From positions 75,495,630 through 75,559,629 of the forward strand of contig NC_086376.1 in assembly GCF_036588685.1 (NCBI RefSeq): a DNA stretch of 64,000 bases, written 5' to 3'. This document shows positions 11,746 through 26,059 of the stretch, piece after piece. The position numbers and the translations under genes were made by a program. The stretch is from Mytilus trossulus (Eukaryota). The notes below the pieces were generated by a model. That model was given only the letters and a program-made list of their open reading frames with translations. It searched no databases and was not told the origin of the DNA. How positions within the stretch are numbered: position 1 is the first letter of the stretch; each line of letters opens with the position of its first letter.

Positions 11746-13489
11746 CTGTTTGTAAAAAAAAATGGAACACATTAACAGGCATACAAGACGTGGCAACATA
11801 GAGTTTACATGCATCTTTATACATGTACAATTTATACGCATCTTGGCAGATGCACATCAAGATTGTGTGTACTAAAGTAGGGTTGTAATAGTTAACGTTT
11901 GTCATTTTGTTCTTCATTATAATTTATGTTATCTTGCAAAAAACAGTTCTCAACACAATGTCAATCAGTATGGACCAATTATTAAAAGGACGCTATTGAG
12001 AACAGTTTAGAGGTGTAAACATGTGATCACACATATATTCGTCCTTTATAAGTAAGTGATTCGGTTAACAAAAATAGTTGAAAGTCAATCCGTGGAATAA
12101 CATTAATTTTCTCTTCTTTTATCGGAGAATGATGTTAGGTAAAGGAGGTTGCACTTTCTGACTTGAATCGCTTTCAATTTCGTAAAACTAATAGAATCAG
12201 TTGTCTGTGAATTGTTTCTCACCGTTGAGTTCTCTGAAATAAACAGCCATAATTATTTCCGCACCATTTTGACAGGCTATTAGCAACATTCACACATGTC
12301 TTTGTAAACATTTATCAAAATTTACGTAAAGGTTCTTCTGATGAAAGGGAGAAAGTTTCCACAAAAATCTTTAAAACTATATACGGTATTTTTTTCTACT
12401 TTTTTTCTTAATCTTTGAATATTAGCTCAACTGATGCAAATAAATTTTAAAACGAAGCATACAACTTATTTCGATATCTTGTCATTTTGAATAAACTACT
12501 CATTCAAACTATACACGAACATCCGTTATTGTATTAAATTTCTTGTAAGTTTTTCACGCGTGGTACAAACTCATTTGCTCTGTTTTAATAGGAGGAGAAT
12601 AATACATCTTAGAATTATTTAAATATATCAAAAGGTACAAACAGAAAGTAGGCAAACGAAAAGATTACCACAGCGTGTACCACCGTCTTACAAGCCGACA
12701 AACTAGAAATGTTTGCAGGAGGAAATCTAAACGATTTTTTTACTTTCTCACAATAATCTCATCATAGCTACAATGATTGGTAGTTTATAAACAAGACGAT
12801 TGTTTTGTTTACGAAAGACTCAGCAGTGACGCTAAAAAAAAAAAAAAAAGAGTTATATAAACACACAACGTAGTACCAAGATTAATACTTTTGAGAACTC
12901 AATATTCCTAAAGGTTTTGTTAATAACAGTCATAGTTTGTGTCAACAATTTTATTTAATATCCGATCAGAAGATAATAATAAATGTTTTAAAGAGAAAAA
13001 AAAGATACCCTTTATATAGTCGTCCATCGGTAAAACAGTAAATGTAGGCCTATGTAGAACTATGTGATCAGAGACAAAATGTTCACCGATTCTAGTTTTC
13101 AAGCTAGTTTTGATTTAAAGACATTAGAGTTCTATATTTAGAATGAAAATTATAACTTTTACTTCTTTTTAATCACTTCGTTTTTCTCCATTATGTAATA
13201 GCGTTGAAATTAATGAAATCATTTTATCTTTTTTCTTTGATCGTGCAAACATCCTTGTGGGTCTTTCCAATTCTTACGGTATTCATCTTTTAAAATGTAT
13301 TCAAATTTATTATTTATAAATAATTACTAAAAAAATGCATTTTTATCTTTTCTGTTTAGATTATAACAATTTTTCAGGTTTTATTTACCAATCGACAATT
13401 TTGTGAGGCATCTACCATTAACACTTGCCATTCTACGGGGAGGAAAACAACTAGTCAGTGTATTCGTTCAAAGCGTATTAATTTACCTT

Positions 13490-13782
13490 TTTTTTTTATT
13501 TGAGTCCAGCCTGCCAATTGATATTTTATCGTGTGTTTTTCTATGCTGTGATGTTATGATATTTTGTAAAATAGGGAAAAAGGTTTGGTACCATTAAAAC
13601 GTTCAATCCCTCTGCAAATGTTTGCACCCCTCCTAAGTCAGGAATCTGGTGTACAGTAGTTGTCGTTTCTTCGGTTCTCGTTTTTTATATAAATTATACC
13701 GTTGGGTTTCAAGTTTGATATTTTACACTAGTAATTTTGGGGCCCTTTATAGCTTGTTGTTCGGTGTGAGCCAAGGCTCCGT
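13490..13782 (+). mobile_element. SINE-like family B fragment
   Basis: Reverse complement of 18160-18480; contains the core 'tcctaagtcaggaatct'. Confidence 0.8.
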
Positions 13783-13804
13783 ATTCATCTGCAAGATTTA
13801 AATA

Positions 13805-13882
13805 TAGAGGGAACAGTAATAAATCGGTATTCAAAAGTCATAAATCGATTGAGACAAAAAACAAATCCGGGTTATAAACTAA
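13805..13882 (-). mobile_element. Family E 3'-tail fragment
   Basis: Reverse complement similar to 51460-51540 and 41678-41750. Confidence 0.6.
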
Positions 13883-14573
13883 TACACATCATCTACAAAG
13901 ATGAATTATATACTATAGCTAATATATCTTTTGTATTATATAAGTTTGGTAAGAAATATGAAAAAGGAAACAAATTCGCTGAACTGTGAAATGTTAAAGA
14001 GATAACATCACAAAAAAAGTATTGTTTTGTTAAAGGCTCTGAAACATTTACTTGTTTGTAAATTTCAGAATAAGGGTCTCATGAGCAAACAATTAGGCTT
14101 AACAATAATTTTCTCAAGATAATATTTCAGTTTATCATAATACTGTGATATGTATTTATTTTCGTTGAAATAACAAAATCTTAATTATATCAGCACGCTT
14201 TTCCAATTTTAGCAAAACACCGAAAAACCTATTACAATGCATACTTGCAAGTACTTAGCATTTCATTTCATTCAGCTCTTATTATCTAGGTATAATAAAA
14301 AGATATTTTTGTCGATTAATTTCAATACAGTCATTATTCATGTAGATATAAATTTTGAAAATTGTAAATAAAGTTTATATTCAATTATGAAAATTAATCT
14401 GAGTTATGAATTATATATATGCTACTATTATCATAATTGTTTAGAAATGAAGTGTAATGATATTGCACTACTATTATTTTGTTTGAATGAAATAGAGTGC
14501 TATAAAAGAAAATACTTCTAAATATTCTAAATATAATTTTACATTGAATAGTTTTTGAAGGAGTCATACATAT

Positions 14574-14720
14574 AGAATAACCATACATTGTCTCAAAATA
14601 TCAATGTTATTTGTACAAGGCTTAGAAACAGGTAGAAAGCGAGGCTGTGCCGAGCATTTCTACCTGTTTCGAGCCGAGTACAAATAACATTGGTATTTCG
14701 AGACAATGTATGGTTATTCT
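14574..14720. repeat. Long imperfect palindrome (~64-bp arms, loop gcgaggctgtgccgagcat); probable non-autonomous DNA element that may extend to about 15050
   Basis: agaataaccatacattgtctc...gaaacaggtagaaa pairs with tttctacctgtttc...gagacaatgtatggttattct. Confidence 0.8.
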
Positions 14721-15859
14721 TTATATACTGCAGCGCTTGAAACTGTTCTAAATGAAGTATTTTGGGTAAAAAACATCATTTCTTAATTTGAAGCGGACGA
14801 CGTTAAATTTCCGCGAACCTGCATGTTTAATTGACGTCATAAATAAAACTGTACGGAAACACATTGTCAACGTCATAAACAAGGTGATATACGAGAAGTT
14901 GCTGTACTAATTAATATAAACTTGATACCTTTGATAATTGCATATTTTTCGATAAATATCATTACTGGCGAACTTTTTCATCCCAAGGATTGAAGCACAA
15001 TATCACTCATTCTATGAAACAGTCTGTTAATTTACTGTGTAGGTTATAAAGTGTCAATATATTCGGAAAATTTAAGAGAATTTATACTATGCAAAGATTG
15101 GCTTAGCAAGATTTAGACTATATACATTTGAAATTTCAGTTTTCAAACCTCTGCAATCTCGGTTTGCTTTTGACATTCCACCTCTTTTGATTCTGCGCCA
15201 TTGATGTGTCTTTTTTAGACTAAGCCAGTATCGTTCGTGTCGTATATTAAGCCTGATATCTATAATGAGTTCTAATTCTGTTTTGGCAAAGGTCTATTTC
15301 TTTCTTAGCTTGCATTGTCGTATTATCAAATATAGTAACCAAGGTAAAATCAACTAATGTAGTTTGTTTAATGACTGTGCGGTTCAAAAATGCAAACCTC
15401 CCTATTATGATAAAATAGAACCACCTGCTATTTCGTATACATTTAAAAAAAACACACAAATTAAAACAGAGAGACAAAAACTATGAGGAATAAGGATCAA
15501 AAGATCAAAATATCGTCAGGTCATTGTATACACATTTCGTCCTAGTGCAAAACAAAATGTATAAACTGAACAATTTTGATAAGCAATCTTTTGATGCTTA
15601 ATTAAATAAAATAGAGGCTAAACATACCATATGATAATTCAAATCTCATAAGTAATTTGACTAGAAACTACATTGTAAAAGTGATCATAAAAGAGTAAAA
15701 ATAAAACCACTTTCTATTAAGATTTAGTAACATGAACTCCACAAAACGCGTGGGGATCTCAGATATTGCGGAATTATCAAGATATGTGGTTTCAAATGTA
15801 GATTGAAATACATTGATAAATTAATTAAGTGAATATTCGAACATAATATTTGTTATTTG

Positions 15860-16135
15860 TTATGGAATATCTGTTTTACAGATAATATCGGATATGTTCC
15901 CCGTGTCGTAACTACAATCCTGTTCCCTTTTCTCTAATGTGACCTACCGAATTATATTATTTACAGGTTTTGTAATAACATGTGGAGGATGTTTGTTGGG
16001 GTTCGTGTTGCTTAGCCTATTGTTTTATATGTTGTGTCTTGTGTACAGGCTATTATTTTTCATTTTCTTCCCTTTTTATTTATTTAGCCATGGAATTGTC
16101 GCTTTTTTTCTTTTTTTTTTTATCTTTGAGGGTTT
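15860..16135 (+). mobile_element. 3'-end fragment of PLE family B
   Basis: Homologous to 36250-36570 (gatatgttcc..gtcgtaac.acaatcc...ggggttcgtgttgctta...ttagccatgg). Confidence 0.75.
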
Positions 16136-18060
16136 GTTTAAAACTTCTTCACTACATGTTATATCTTTGTCACTCAAAGGTTTTCTGATCAAATCAAATG
16201 TTCCTTTTATAAAATAAATTGCAAAGATATACTTGCTGCAACGAATAAGAAGGTTTCTTTTATTATAATATAATAAGATTGTTTTACTGGAATTGGCAAT
16301 AGATGATTACAGTTTGTATGTAGCTATATGGGCAGTCATTACGACCAATGAATAGCATACATGTCCATGTGAAGTTCTGAATAACACTTTTATGAAAATA
16401 TTCGCCTAAATTACATTGAATTTCTAAATGCTACAACCATTGCAATATAGTTTGCATTAAATAATCGGTAAACTGCAGTTGCTGATTCTTAAGAAAATAT
16501 TTGGCGTTTTGATTCTACAAAACCATATAGATAGTGACAAACTTTAGATATGTTTGGCGATCAAAAAGGGGCACTCACCTTCTACATTGTACGTCCGTCG
16601 TCGTTATTCACCACTGAAACGATGCCGATAAACCCAATTATGTTCACGACATAAAATGATTCTTTTCAACTTCTCAGGTCATTAACAGTCATTACTATCT
16701 TAAGTGGGTTTAAAAGGGAACAAAACTATACAATTATAAATTAATTTCATCATTACCATTTATTTGAATAAAACAATATCATGGTTTATTGTTCTTGACA
16801 TGATTCTTTTAACGAGTTTATTTTCATGAAAGATAAGACACTGTTTACAAATTTTTTCTTCATTTTATTTCACAATTTTACTCAAAAGCTGATGGGTTGA
16901 GATTTTTTTTTTATCCTAATTGGATTTTACTGTTCTTAAAGGAAATTAATTGTATTGGAAAAAATATATATTTAACCTGGAAAGTTTATATGCTACAGAT
17001 AAGGCTTTTATGGACAACATTGACACATTCGAGCCATAAAAGCAACATGCAGAATGAACAAGAATCAACTTGTTATGTATAGAACTATCGGTATACTTTC
17101 TCTTTGTACTGTAATGTTCTATATATTAAATAAAGACAACAGTAGTATACCAATGCTAAAACTTGTGACTGTGACTACCAATGTCAAAACTGGAATAAGG
17201 TTAAATAGCTTGCATGAATTATTTCCTAAATATCTTAATCTTCTGTTCATTTTTCCTTACTTTGCGGAAATTAAAATTTGGTTTATTTGAAAGGAGTAGC
17301 ATAGTAATGCATGGCATTGAAGCTTCAATACAATATATTTCGGTCATATATTGTAATAACAGATTTGTTTCTTCCGATTTAACATTATCCATAAAGGTGA
17401 CCAGGTAGGATTTCCTTACCCATAGTGGTAATGATAGCCTTTTAAAAAAGATTCACCACTTTGTAACACTGACTTAGATCCTACATAATCAGTTAAATTA
17501 AATAAAAGTACTTTCAGAAATTTCCACCTGTATGTAGAATTATTTCATTTTTATTCTTCACCTGATTTTTCCCTCAGCCTTGGAATACATTTTCAGTAGA
17601 TGCTGTATTTTGGTGTTTAGCTACATTGATTTAAATAGAATAAACAAAAAAGCACTCTAGCTCCTGGGAATTAAATACTAACGTGACAACTTAAAAAATA
17701 TATATACTGTATACATTCCCAGCACGAATAATTAAAACAAAACAACAGTAAAAGTGAGAAGGGTTCAAATATAGTTCGAGTGCAAATTTGTTCTTCGCAT
17801 GGACATTTCATACATTGATATAGCAAATATATTCTCACTTGTAAAATTCATTAAAATACGTTGCAATTGATGACAGTTTCGATGCTTTATTACAAAGGTT
17901 AAGCTGTGATCTCTTTAAAATATTATTGTACCATAGGACATCATTACTTACAACGATTTAATTGCATGTGGTTCAATTTTACAATGATACCTTAATATGT
18001 TTGAATTGAGTGTTAAGAAATCATTTATTATTTGGTCACTTGATGACAAATGCGGAAACT

Positions 18061-18690
18061 GATAGATATAGGAAGATGTGGTGTGAGTGCCAATGAGACA
18101 ACTCTCCATCCAAATAACAATTTAAAAATTAAACCATTATAGGTTAAAGTACGGCCTTCAACACGGAGCCTTGGCTCACACCGAACAACAAGCTATAAAG
18201 GGCCCCAAAATTACTAGTGTAAAACCATTCAAACTGGAAAACCAACGGTCTAATCTATATAAACAAAACGAGAAACGAGAAACACGTATATATTACATAA
18301 ACAAACGACAACTACTGTACATCAGATTCCTGACTTAGGACAGGTGCAAACATTTGCAGCGGGATTAAACGTTTTAATGGGCCCAAACCTTCTCCCTTTT
18401 TCTGAAACAATAGCATAACATCACAACATATAAAAACATACGATAAAATATCAATTAGCAGACTTAACTCAATCAAAAAACGTATGATTACACAAAGAAC
18501 GAATAAATTTGATCTGCGATATCTGAATACAAATGCACAGTTAATTAAATATTAGAGACAAACAGTCATGACCAAAAGGCTATCAAACAAATTCAAACAC
18601 ACTGAGAAATATTTAACCAATCAATGTTCACTTTAGAAAAAAAAAAAAAAAACGGTTTTTTATAATCTTGAAGTTTATACAAATGTTGTA
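18061..18690 (-). mobile_element. SINE-like family B, long copy with intact 3' end
   Basis: 3' tail ggagagttgtctcattggcactcacaccacatcttcctatatctatc and central core cacctgtcctaagtcaggaatc. The 5' limit is approximate. Confidence 0.8.
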
Positions 18691-19300
18691 AGAATAAGTG
18701 AAAAATTGAAGATATTATGTACATTTCTTAAATTAAGTTTTGCATCTAATACTGTGAAAAGAATCACGAAAGAATATAGATTTGAAAAAATAACCTTTGC
18801 ATGAAATAAAATCAGCTTAAATTGACCTTGAAACTACTCATTTAGAATATTGATAGAAAATGCAAGTAGGTCCTATAAATACCATATACTTTCAGCTGGA
18901 GCGCGTAACATTCTCATATTTCCGTATCAAAGAGATAAGTGTTTTATCTTATTACTGCATGAATATTGCACACTATGAAATTCAGATTATTTTGTAATCA
19001 CAGTTCATGGAAAGTAGTTTTATTTCTTTCTTATTAATTCGTTGTTTTAACATTTTTACTTCTCCATAAAATAAGATCTGCTGGGTACTTAAGTTAATAC
19101 TTATCATAAGCTCACCTATTTTTCAATGTAAGGAGCATCTGTTTAATTATATTGCAAATAAACTTGCATATGGATATTCGATGGGTTTTGTAATAGTTTA
19201 TTTATGTCCAACATATAGTAACAAGATGTTTATTGTTTATAATCATTCTTTAAGAAAACGTTATTATAAATGAATGTTCTTATGTAATATGTACTGTTAT

Positions 19301-19410
19301 AGTGATTGCAAGTATTATTTGCGGTATACAGAACTAAGGAATTGGGACGTAAAATATAATACCTTGACAAGTTTCATTTCTGTATACCGCAAATAATGCT
19401 TACAATCACT
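19301..19410. repeat. Inverted repeat, 33-bp arms with 2 mismatches and a 44-bp spacer
   Basis: agtgattgcaagtattatttgcggtatacagaa pairs with ttctgtataccgcaaataatgcttacaatcact. Confidence 0.8.
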
Positions 19411-19568
19411 TTGTGAATAGCATTTTCGTTCATAGCTTAATTGTTTATACTGTTGTCAAACGATTTCTTTTTTATTCAATTGCATTTCAAATTAAAAAAA
19501 AAACAACATTTTGTTGAAGGTAATTACTAAAATAAAAATGTCGAAACAAGCATGATAAAACCACTTTA

Positions 19569-20160
19569 GGTAGATTCATGGTATACCGCCATCTTGGATT
19601 GTACAATCACAGTACAAAATCGGTCTAGGTGTTTGCCTAAATCTGCAAATTTGGAGACAGATTTGCATTTCCATGGTTAGACTTTTTTTTCTTTTTAAGA
19701 AAACTTGTTAATTAATCGTTTAATACGAAATATTTTAACAAATATCATTTTTTTTTGGTTTTAAAATATTTTTTTTCAAATTAGGCATTTAAGGGGAGAT
19801 TACTCTTTTAGTACAAAATTTATACTGGTCTAATAGGGAATTTTTTTATTTTTACTTGTAGAAAGAAAACAAGTTCGGTGACACCATGTTTTCTTTTTAT
19901 TTTCTTAAAACATATTATGAAACCTTTCTTTTCACAATTTATTTCAAAATTCTATCTCATAGAATGTTTTTTCTGCACACTAATCTGTTTTTTCATGAAC
20001 AAAGTAACCAAATTTTGGCAAATTTCAATGCCTCATAGCTTGAACAATAGCACGGTGACCCATACTTTTTAATAAACTTTTGAAAAGAGCATAGTAAAAT
20101 CTTCATTTTGGCAAATTATAAAAAAATCCTGTCTCAAAAAATATATACTTCTGATCTACC
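19569..20160. mobile_element. Kolobok-like MITE (GG..CC termini, TTAA-like target)
   Basis: ttta|GGTAGAT...ATCTACC|ttaa. Confidence 0.6.
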
Positions 20161-22366
20161 TTAAAACACTCGTGAGGATGACATTAGTTTGAATTAAAAC
20201 AAACCAGTCCTCTAGTAAAATTATGGGTATGCAAACTGTATGAACATAAGAGTTGTTATAATACTTCAGGTTTCCTTTTTATGCTAAACATAAGGCTAAT
20301 AACTGTGTACGTTTTTCTTCTGAAATATTTCGATCGAGTCTGATAAATTGTAAGATGTGCAAATTGTATATGCTACGTACTTAAACAACTAGGAGTACAT
20401 TCAGTAAATTTACATTTATGTTCAATGCTAAAACTTTTATAATTCGTTGGTTGTGAATTTTCAGTCAGTGGTATTACATAATTTGCTGATATTTATTTAG
20501 TTTAAATGTTCTGACAGATATATAACAGAAAGGTTAAGCAACTCAATGACGCACATATGAATTCTATAACTGACTATATAAATTGCATGTTTTCATGCAT
20601 TACGCATTGGAATAATTAACTATTCTTGACATTTAATGAATTGTTTAGAAAATTATAAAACAAAAGTCAGAAGTAGCCAAATTAACAATACAATACCACG
20701 GACTATGTTAAACAAACAACAACATGAGCAATTAAAAACAAAATATAAACAACAGTGTATTCGATAAAGTAAGTTAAGACGAAACACAAACAACAGTTAA
20801 TTGATAATTTACAACACCGTGGTCAATTACAGAGGAAACACCAACAAAAGCTCATTTGGAGAGAAAAAAAAAGGTCCAGGAAAGACGAAACCAAACAATA
20901 ATTAACTTGTTAAAGGACATTAGTTTTGATTTATTTTTGGAGTTTGGTATTTTGGTAATTTTATTTTTCACAGAAAACAACACAAAAATTCAAAGATGAA
21001 CTACTGTGTTGTTCGTTTGTTGTTACAGTAATTACACTACTGTCATCTTATTATTTTTATAATGTACTAAACTAGTGGCATCCGTCGTGTTGTTCACGGT
21101 GTTTCGAGGATCGTTGATGTCATTTATGGCTTATAATTGATTTTTACTAATCGACTCATATTGCAAGGAAATTCATAAAATTAAGAAACAAATGGAAAAG
21201 ACAAGATTTACAATTATATAACGTTAAATACGTTGAAACACATGAATAGAAACATTAATTTGAAAACTAAATAAAAGATCGGTTTTATGCAGTTTGTCAT
21301 CTTTATTTACTAGGTTAAAACAAGCGCCACAGCCTGTGAACAACAAAAATGCTTTCTTGTATAGCTATTAATACATTTTCACAACTAAAGAATTAAATAA
21401 TACCAAAGATCCATACTTTTACAGTCTAAAATATACTTAAAGTTGCAAGAATATAGTATGATGGAGACTAGAGAAACCAATCGTATCTGTGTCCATGGAG
21501 GAAAAGGGGGTTGGGTAAACTCATAACACATGCTTGTAATCAATTGAATAACCAAATTTTCTGTTTCATTTTCTTCCATTTCACTTTGGGGAGGAAAAGG
21601 GGATTCTACTAATCAATTTTGAACTATAATATAAAATATAACGTATTCTAAAATATGGCATATATTTAGTATTCCAGACAATAGAGCTTTCTGTAAGTGG
21701 CAAACGAGTTTAATAGCCTGTTATTATGTCTTCGGCCTACTATTTATATAACCGATATAGTCTGCAATGATTGCCTGTTTCGAAATCTTAAACGAAAATG
21801 ATAAAATAATTGCCATGAGGTTAATATAAAACAGTTTTCTTAAAGGATTTATGGAACTTTGTCATGGAATGCATCGATAAATGAAACAAATACTTCACTT
21901 AACTGCACTTTCATATTTCTTTGGGTGTTTGATATCGCGAGAGTTGATGATGCATATTATCTTTAGGATTCGTTTGATTTTGATGATGCTTTCTCTCAAT
22001 TGTTTAGTGAATATTTTAACTCATTACTTCAGATCTTTTAAATTTGAGATTAAGGTACACAAAGGTAATTGAAATGAACGCATGTTGAATGTAGATAGAC
22101 ATACTATAACAATAATCAGCTATGTAGTAGTAGGGGTCTTTAACATACTACACTTTAACCTAATGTTCTAAGAAGGACTTAGTATATGAACCTCTATCGC
22201 CCTTATGTTAAATGTATTGCTTATTTGTTAAATCTTTGTTGCTCTTATCCTTTAGTTAGTTTCCATTATCACTATTTTTAATTTTTAGCTTTGTTTCAAG
22301 TCGGTATGAGTTAACAAGCATTCAAACCAATCTAAGAACTCATAAATATATACATGTATATATATA

Positions 22367-22744
22367 CTACGTTCAAACGTATGACTGCGTTGGATAAAAG
22401 TCGCAATTTTTATACATGTGCATGTAAAACAAATTTCGTTGTAGAAGGGTCTAAATACGGCACAAACATTTTCCAAAAGACCAAAAAAATGAAAAAGTAT
22501 ATTTAAATAAAACGCATTTGATCACAAGATGTAACACTATGGATCTTAATATAAATTTAATACTAAACAGAAATCAATTAACGGATCATATAAACCGGAG
22601 GGAAAATATGATACAAGCCCAAACGAAAAATATAAACGAGTCTAAATTGAAATCTACGTTCAAACCTATGATTGCGTTGGATAAAAACCGCAATTTTTAT
22701 ACCTGTGCATGTAAAACAAATTTCGTTGTAGAAGGGTCTAAATA
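22367..22744. repeat. 91-bp direct repeats with a 287-bp period (1.3-mer of a dispersed or tandem unit)
   Basis: 22367-22457 matches 22654-22744 (ctacgttcaaac...gtagaagggtctaaata). Confidence 0.85.
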
Positions 22745-22909
22745 TATACATATATAGTTTTTTTAGTCATTGATGCCCCCTCCAACTATTTTTCTTAAGT
22801 TTATTGTTCACCACCGTCCAAATGTATGAAACACAGTTTAAGTTTAGACATATATATATATATATACATGTTTGTTATCAGTTTATGTATGATATTATTA
22901 TAATTAGCT

Positions 22910-23015
22910 AAGAATATAATCATTAGTTTTAAAACATAATCATTAATTTAAAATATATTCATTAGTTTTAAAATATAATCATTAGTTTTAAAATATAATC
23001 ATTAGTTTTTAAAAT
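22910..23015. repeat. ~20-bp minisatellite (taaaatataatcattagttt) x~5
   Basis: Directly visible tandem units. Confidence 0.9.
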
Positions 23016-23649
23016 GTTAAATATTGATACTCATATTTCTTGACACTACATTGTATATCCAGCAACATAGACTTTCAAACAAATTCGGACAAAATCTATC
23101 ATACAGCTTTTAACGTCTATCTGGTTTAAACGACTTCTATTACTAATCTCATGATCTCAGACATATAAAAATACTAACATTCTGAACAGCAACATTATAA
23201 ATAAAATAACAGTGTTCGTGATGTGGGGTAGAAATATGAGATGCAGATATCAGGCGAAGTTTTTTGTTTTTATTGTTATGGCCGCTTATGTCATTAACTG
23301 TACGTTATATTGTTAAACTGCCAAACATTAAAGAGATTAGGTAAAAACATTTCGGGGAAGATGAAGATAAGCTCCATTTATAAAATTATGAAAAAACTTA
23401 TATCCACCGCAACAACTTTTCATCAATGAGGAGTAAGCTGTAGAAAGAGGGAAATACTAACATGGTTTATTGAGTTGTAAAACGGCCCAATTGTAATGCC
23501 CATTCTACATGTACAAGCAGTTCAAGACGTACGAAAGACTCACTGGTGTTCATTTCAACTTGAAGAAGGGGGTAATTGTTTTTAAGGATAAAAGAATAAA
23601 ATTAAATCACAAATTTTAAAAATCATAAGTGTTTTTTCATAATTGTTTA

Positions 23650-23870
23650 ACGAAAGATACAAAAGGAAGGACCAAATAGTCGAATAGAGACCGACAAAAT
23701 CATGGCAAAAAAAAAAAAAAAAATGTAAGTAACAGTTTTTTAAACAATAAATAAAAAAAGCAAGACAGAGCAACATGAATACCACCACAAATGAGGAGGG
23801 GTGATCCTTGATGCTCAGGAAGGGTATGCAGATCCTGTTTCAGATGTGGCATCCGTCGTGTTGCTCGTGG
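23650..23870 (-). mobile_element. Degenerate 3'-end fragment of PLE family B
   Basis: Reverse complement gcaacacgacggatgccacatctgaaacaggatctgcatacccttcctgagcatc matches 36372-36430. Confidence 0.7.
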
Positions 23871-24859
23871 AAAGTACAAATTCGGAGGTTAGTTTCTTTG
23901 TGGGTTGTCACAATCGAGGAATGTATCAATGAATACTATAATAAGACCAATTCCTTGGTCATCTGTCACAGATAGTCGGCCAACTAACCCGTGGAGGACC
24001 CTGTAAAATTAAGCAGGAATTAATTCAGGTTAAACTGGAGGTAATTATAGTTTACACTTGACAGAGGAAAAACATTTGTTTGTAAATTTTCCATTCTGAT
24101 ATGTTCCGGCTTCCCCATGGCCTCCATCCGATTGCATGCAACGGGACACTTCTGTTCCTGAATTTAAAAAAAAACGACAGAAGATCAAAACTTAATCTTT
24201 TATTATCGAGATTAATTGTAATTTTCATGAGGAAGTATCTGATGTACAGCATATGTTACAGTATATATTTTTAATCTTGAGAATGATAAAAAATGACAGG
24301 TATTTTGTAAAAAAGCAAATTTCGTGCTACTATCAAGCAACAAGTTCGCACTTGGCGCCACTTCTGTCTAATTAGAATACGCTTTGTTGTGATACAGCAT
24401 CTAAAATATTTAAATAAAACAGCACAACTTAGTCGTTTGATCAGATACGAGTGTTCGTATTATTTAGAAAGTACATCCTTTCTGCCATAACAGTTCAGGT
24501 TTATTTGCTTCATGCAGATGCAATCACAACTAGAAACGAAGAAGCGTTCGTATCTGTGGTTCAATTGTATTCTGTGTAATATTGTGTAGCGAGATTCTAG
24601 ATAGCTTTCAACATATGAGTAGTTTTCTTTAGTAATCAAATTATGTCATTAAGAAATTATCTACTCATGTCTGGTTTTTTTGGTAAACAAAACACGTTAT
24701 CTCACTAGACAATATAAAACACAACTTTATTGGTTTGTTGAAATTGAATATATTCTGATGTTATATCTAATCTTTTCATTTAACAAACAAAAAAGGGATT
24801 TTTACGAGAGGCAAAGATGAACTGATACGTAAACTATCAATATAATGTACGAAACCAAC

Positions 24860-25200
24860 TGTTCTTATGTTGTACTGTCCTCACCACTGTCCAAAATTAG
24901 AGGGATGGTTTCGCGCAAGCAAACTAGTTTAACCCCGCCACATTTTATAAGCAACCACGTCCGGAACCTATTGTACAGTGGTTGTCGTTCGTTCGTTCGT
25001 GTCTTTCATTTTTGTTTTTCGTAAATTGATTTGTTATTATTTAGGCAGTTAATTTTTCAATTGAATTGTTTCATATTTTCATTACGGGGCTTTTTGATAT
25101 GTATATATGTATAGCCGACCATTATTTAGCTTTCATCCATTTCATTTGATTTTTGGTGGATAGTTGTCTCATTGGCAAGCATATCTCATCCCCTTATTGT
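24860..25200 (+). mobile_element. Degenerate SINE-like copy (shared core plus family B-type tail)
   Basis: gtttaaccccgccacatt...cagtggttgtcgtt...gatagttgtctcattggcaagcatatctcatc. Confidence 0.6.
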
Positions 25201-26059
25201 TATTTATTTATCGCATGATATAATCTACAGTAACAAATTCATAGTCAACCTGGAATAACTCATATTCATTTTGCAGGGTTTATTTTTTATTTTTTTGATA
25301 CAATGTGTACAGCCGCAAATGCAAGTATTAATTTCTAAATAGTCTATCCTTGTCCCTTTATTAATAAGCACTGTTTATTTTTATAGATACCTAAAACTAT
25401 TTTCGATTGAAACACTAGACGAGTGAGAACACTAATATCACAAGGTTAGTGAACTTGCTTGAGAATATTATATGGTATTTGTACTTGATCTTTACAGACA
25501 AAATTGGCTCATAAAACCCTATCAGTGTTTCATATCATCAAAGCCGTCAGGTAAATGGAACATAGCACCTTGCCAGGGACTATGAGCTATTATTATCTTA
25601 CCTCCTATATTGTTCTAGGAATACGATTGGATCAAAGCTACGTGTAGGGAACATGAACATATTGTATGTGGTTATAATCATTAGTGGTTAACAAATGGAA
25701 AATCTACGGAATTCAATTTCCAGTTGCAATAACCACGAAACTGAAGAAATCGCGCGTGATTTTCCAGAGTTAATCGATAGCGATTAATAGGGTATATTGG
25801 TCAGCAACACTCGGGGATATGTGTCTTTTTTCGACGGTTATAAGCCAATCAAAACTCGAGAAAAATACTAAACCGGGGATAAGAGACCATTTGTTATGTG
25901 AAGACCCCGCGAATATCGTATGACATCTCCAGTGAAGCCTGAATAACTGTATCATACTGACGTGTTCCGATTTTAACATGGATAATCGATCTTCGTTTAT
26001 GGTCACATGGTAAATGGGTTAACTGATTACATGGTCAGCCAGGATAGTTCACCCAATTA

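Noticed and set aside
21385-21612. Minus-strand ORF with a repeated PFPP (ccccttttcctcc x2)
   Set aside because: In-frame stop just upstream, no good splice sites and no recognisable family.
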